Assembly: GCA_013265495.1 (NCBI GenBank)
Contig: MU058591.1
Coordinates: forward strand, 248,001 to 286,981
Direction of reading: 5' to 3'
From: Vicugna vicugna
Taxonomy: Eukaryota
DNA length: 38,981 nucleotides
The stretch's first letter is position 1. Every line of letters begins with the position of its first letter. The notes under the pieces were generated by a model. The model had not been told where the DNA came from and ran no database searches. It was given only the letters and a program-made list of their open reading frames with translations. Shown here piece by piece: positions 35,955 through 38,981 of the stretch. A program made the position numbers and the translations under genes.

Positions 35955-36900
35955 TATGACTCATTTATTGGACTGCTAAAATTGAGGTTAACTGAGTAAC
36001 TAAATTCATACACATTAATAAAAAAACTCTTTGGATATATCAACATATAAAAAGTAAGAATCTCCGAAGCTTATCATTCATTATTCCCCTGAAGGAAGAA
36101 CCCTTTGCCCCAAACTGGATTGGCCCCTCTACAACTTTATCCAAAGATTTTATTTTCCGTCCTCCACGATTTACTGGTTTCACATAAATATTCAATCATT
36201 CAACTAACTTTCTGAAAAAATCTACTACACAATAAACACTAAGTAGGCACTGAGTCTATAAATAAGTAAATCTGCCTTCAAATAAACATTCATTTTATTC
36301 AATGGAACACTAATCTCCAAAGTAGGGTGGGCAAGACTCGATTTACTGTTGGGAAAAAATCTTGAAATTTCTATTTTTTTGTTTTTTATCTCATACCTCT
36401 GAAGTTAACTTTTGTACATTTTATGATGTACATAAAATATGTGGTATAATTGCAAATGCATATAATTTATAAATAAATATGCCTATATTGAGATACGTGG
36501 TCAACTTATTTTACCAACGGAGAGGCTTGATCCAACAAGCTGCTGAAAGACCACTGATTTCAAAAATGTCAATCAGTAAGGGTGATACGGCTATCTTTAA
36601 ATAAAAGTTGTCCTCTCCATTACTAAAGAAATAGGCCCTGTCGAAAATTTGGAGAATACAGAAAACTAGAAAGGAAAAAAATTTTGCATAACCCCACTAT
36701 CCAAAGACAGCCACAGCTAACATACTGATAATTTTTTTCTATTCTTCAATTTCCAAGCATTTTAACATGACTATAAATTTATTATGTGTAAGATTTTATG
36801 GCTTCCTCCCCTCCCCCCAAAAGCACTTCTCCATGATTTGAAAGCTTTTTGGTAAATGTGACTTTCTATCATTTTAACATTGTAATTATACGACCATTTT

Positions 36901-37005
36901 CTTTATCTTTCTTCCCTTTGTTTCTTTTTTAGTGGAGGAACTGGGGACTGACTCCAGGACCTTGTGCATGCCATGTGCTCTCCCGCTGAGCTATGCCCAC
37001 ACCCC
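36901..37005 (-). mobile_element. Older camelid-type tRNA-derived SINE
   Basis: Reverse strand ggggtgtgggcatagctcagcgggagagc...gtcctggagtcagtcccc; TSD ata(c/t)gaccatttt at 36888-36900 and 37006-37018. Confidence 0.8.
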
Positions 37006-37964
37006 ATATGACCATTTTTTTATCCACTGCTGGGCTTTTAGGTTATTTTCCCTTTTTTTCCCTATGACAACTGATTATGTGAATCAAGTTCTTTTGGGTA
37101 CCCAGGACTGTTTACTTAGAACAGATTCTCAGAGATGTCCAATGTATGAATGCCTCTAAGGATCCTGAAACATACTGCCAAATTCCTTCTCCAAATTCCA
37201 ACCCCAAGTACATGTGAATGGTCTCTCATTTCTAGTACATTTACTAACCTGTCAGTCAAATTAGCAAATCCATTGTTTGAACTAGGATTTCTCTGACTAC
37301 TAACTGAGATTTCATACAGTTTTGTTAACCAACTTTCTTTTTCCGGCGAGGTTCTTAAGCAAGGGGCAAACAGGATCAGACTGTGACAATACATCTCTAC
37401 CTCTGACAGAAGGCAGAGGTGGAGAAGTCTGGTTAAAAAGCTATTCTGTAATTCAAGCTACGGAGAGTGAAAGACAGTGGCGCTGGGTGTAAAGAAGAGA
37501 CGCCAGGCTTGAGGAGGTGTTTCAGAAGCCACAGCAACGGAACGTGGTGAACACAGGCTCGTGAATGTCAGAGGAGCAAAAGTAAAGTAATTAGATAAAA
37601 TATATTGTAACTTTACAGGAAGCATATAGAAGTTGGTATGAGGAAGAAAAGGAAAAAGAGATTTTTGAGAGAAAATAATGAGTTTGTTTTATGGACTTAT
37701 TTAGTGAGAAGTACATGAGAACTTAATGAAGCACCAGGAGATTCATTCTGGCAACAGGTGTGTATGTGAGGTTGCTGGGAAACAGCTGTGAACTGAGCCC
37801 CAGGTAAACTGTTCCATCAAAAAGGAGGATGAAGGAAGAAAGTCTGGGGGAGGAACAGCAATACATAAACTCAGCTGGAAAAGAGAGAGAAGGATGTTCC
37901 TGAGGACAGTGGTCATAAATGAGAACCAGGAGAGTGTGGTGGTTGAGAAGGGATGATTATTATA

Positions 37965-38140
37965 ATAACATCTATGTCTGGGTGCTGGGTGATGAGCTTT
38001 ATATGCATTATCTTGTTTAATCAGTAAGAACAATCCTATTTTAAAAGATACAAATTATCCCATTTAATAGACAAGAAACTGAGGTTTAGAGCTTTTAAGT
38101 AATGGCCAAAGTTACAAAGCTGGCCTGTGGTGGAGACAAG
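37965..38140 (-). mobile_element. MIR SINE remnant
   Basis: gctttatatgcattatcttgtttaatc...cccatttaatagacaagaaactgaggtttagag...aagtaatggccaaagttacaaagct. Confidence 0.75.
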
Positions 38141-38981
38141 ATGATGGTTTCCTAAAAGGCGGGAAGCATCCAGCAGTTCAGAATCTGCAGGGACATCAAC
38201 TAAGAAGAGGCGACTGGGAGGACACTGGTGGCTTCCGCCAGGGTGCTGTGATGGGAGGACGTGTCAGAGCGGAGGAGGCAAGCACACCTTACAACACTCA
38301 AACAAGAAGGAAATGAAAGAGGATGGGGAAAGGGAAGCGGAGGGAAGTTTTGTTTTTATTTTACTTTTCATTGAAGGATCGTAGTGCTGAGCACATTTAC
38401 TGCCTGATAAAAAGTCAACGGCAAAGTCTACAGGTTTGAGGGTGGGAAAGGGCAGATGCTGGAGGAAGCAGAGGTGATCAAGGACCTCAAGTGCCCTTTC
38501 TTCCCTCCCAAGAGCAGCGCTTCCCAAAGTAAACTCTGGAAACCTAGTGTTAGCTAGTTGTAACGAAACCTTACAATAGTAACAAAAATGCCACCTCCCT
38601 TAACTCTCACCCCAACCTTCAAAGACAGGAGGGGGAAGTACACATGAACAGAATTTTCTTAATTTTAGGTTTCTCGTCAAAAGCACTCATTATGCTTGGT
38701 CTGGCGACTTATGTGCTGTTTGTGGCTTTGGTTGAGGGCTGTATGCATGTAACTCAAACAATACAGTCGTACCGCCTGCTAGTGAAACAGACTGTCTCTG
38801 TCTGTGTCGTGGGATTAAAAAATCAACAATATCATGATTTTTAAGGCCTCTGTACCTGAACTAGCATTTATCGAAGTGCGTCCTCTGACTGACTACATTC
38901 AGCCCCTTCCAGGAGGCGCACAGCGCTCATTACCCTATTAAAGTTTTGAGAACTCTTAAAATAAAACAAAAGCAAAACTGT

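Larger units (their letters stand above)
1..38981 (-). other. UPF2: UPF2 gene body (partial; introns and nominal exons 10-21), regulator of nonsense transcripts 2
   Basis: Twelve GT-AG exons join in frame without stops to give VRKKDQINIETK...NADLIFKTGGR, recognisable as the C-terminal half of vertebrate UPF2. Both gene ends are outside the window. Confidence 0.97.

Noticed and set aside
1..38981. A novel prokaryote-style system (operon, CRISPR, defence island, retron)
   Set aside because: The DNA is spliced mammalian sequence. There are no long ORFs, no repeat-spacer array, and every convincing coding segment belongs to UPF2 or L1.
32946..38981. Next upstream UPF2 exon (expected to end ...RGDFRFH)
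   Set aside because: Not found by eye in this 6 kb; it presumably lies beyond the window end.

Overview
Mammalian (eukaryotic) genomic DNA, most likely a camelid judging by five tRNA-derived Vic-1-type SINEs. The whole window lies inside the nonsense-mediated decay gene UPF2 on the minus strand. Twelve consecutive coding exons (nominally exons 10-21 by human numbering; 1856 coding nt, about residues 652-1270) can be spliced by hand into one open frame with GT-AG boundaries. They encode the end of MIF4G-2, MIF4G-3, the acidic linker and the UPF1-binding C-terminus. The upstream exons and the last exon lie outside the window. Introns contain ordinary interspersed repeats (L1, L2, MIR, hAT/Mariner MITEs, SINEs), several local tandem duplications and one 283-nt assembly gap. 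I found no evidence of a new multi-gene system. The strongest oddities are a burst of mostly AT-to-GC amino-acid changes in one MIF4G-3 exon, inverted SINEs bracketing exons 10-11, splice-site configurations that could make NMD-sensitive UPF2 transcripts, and near-perfect duplications that may be real or assembly artefacts. Comparisons with human UPF2 and repeat family names come from memory, not from a search.
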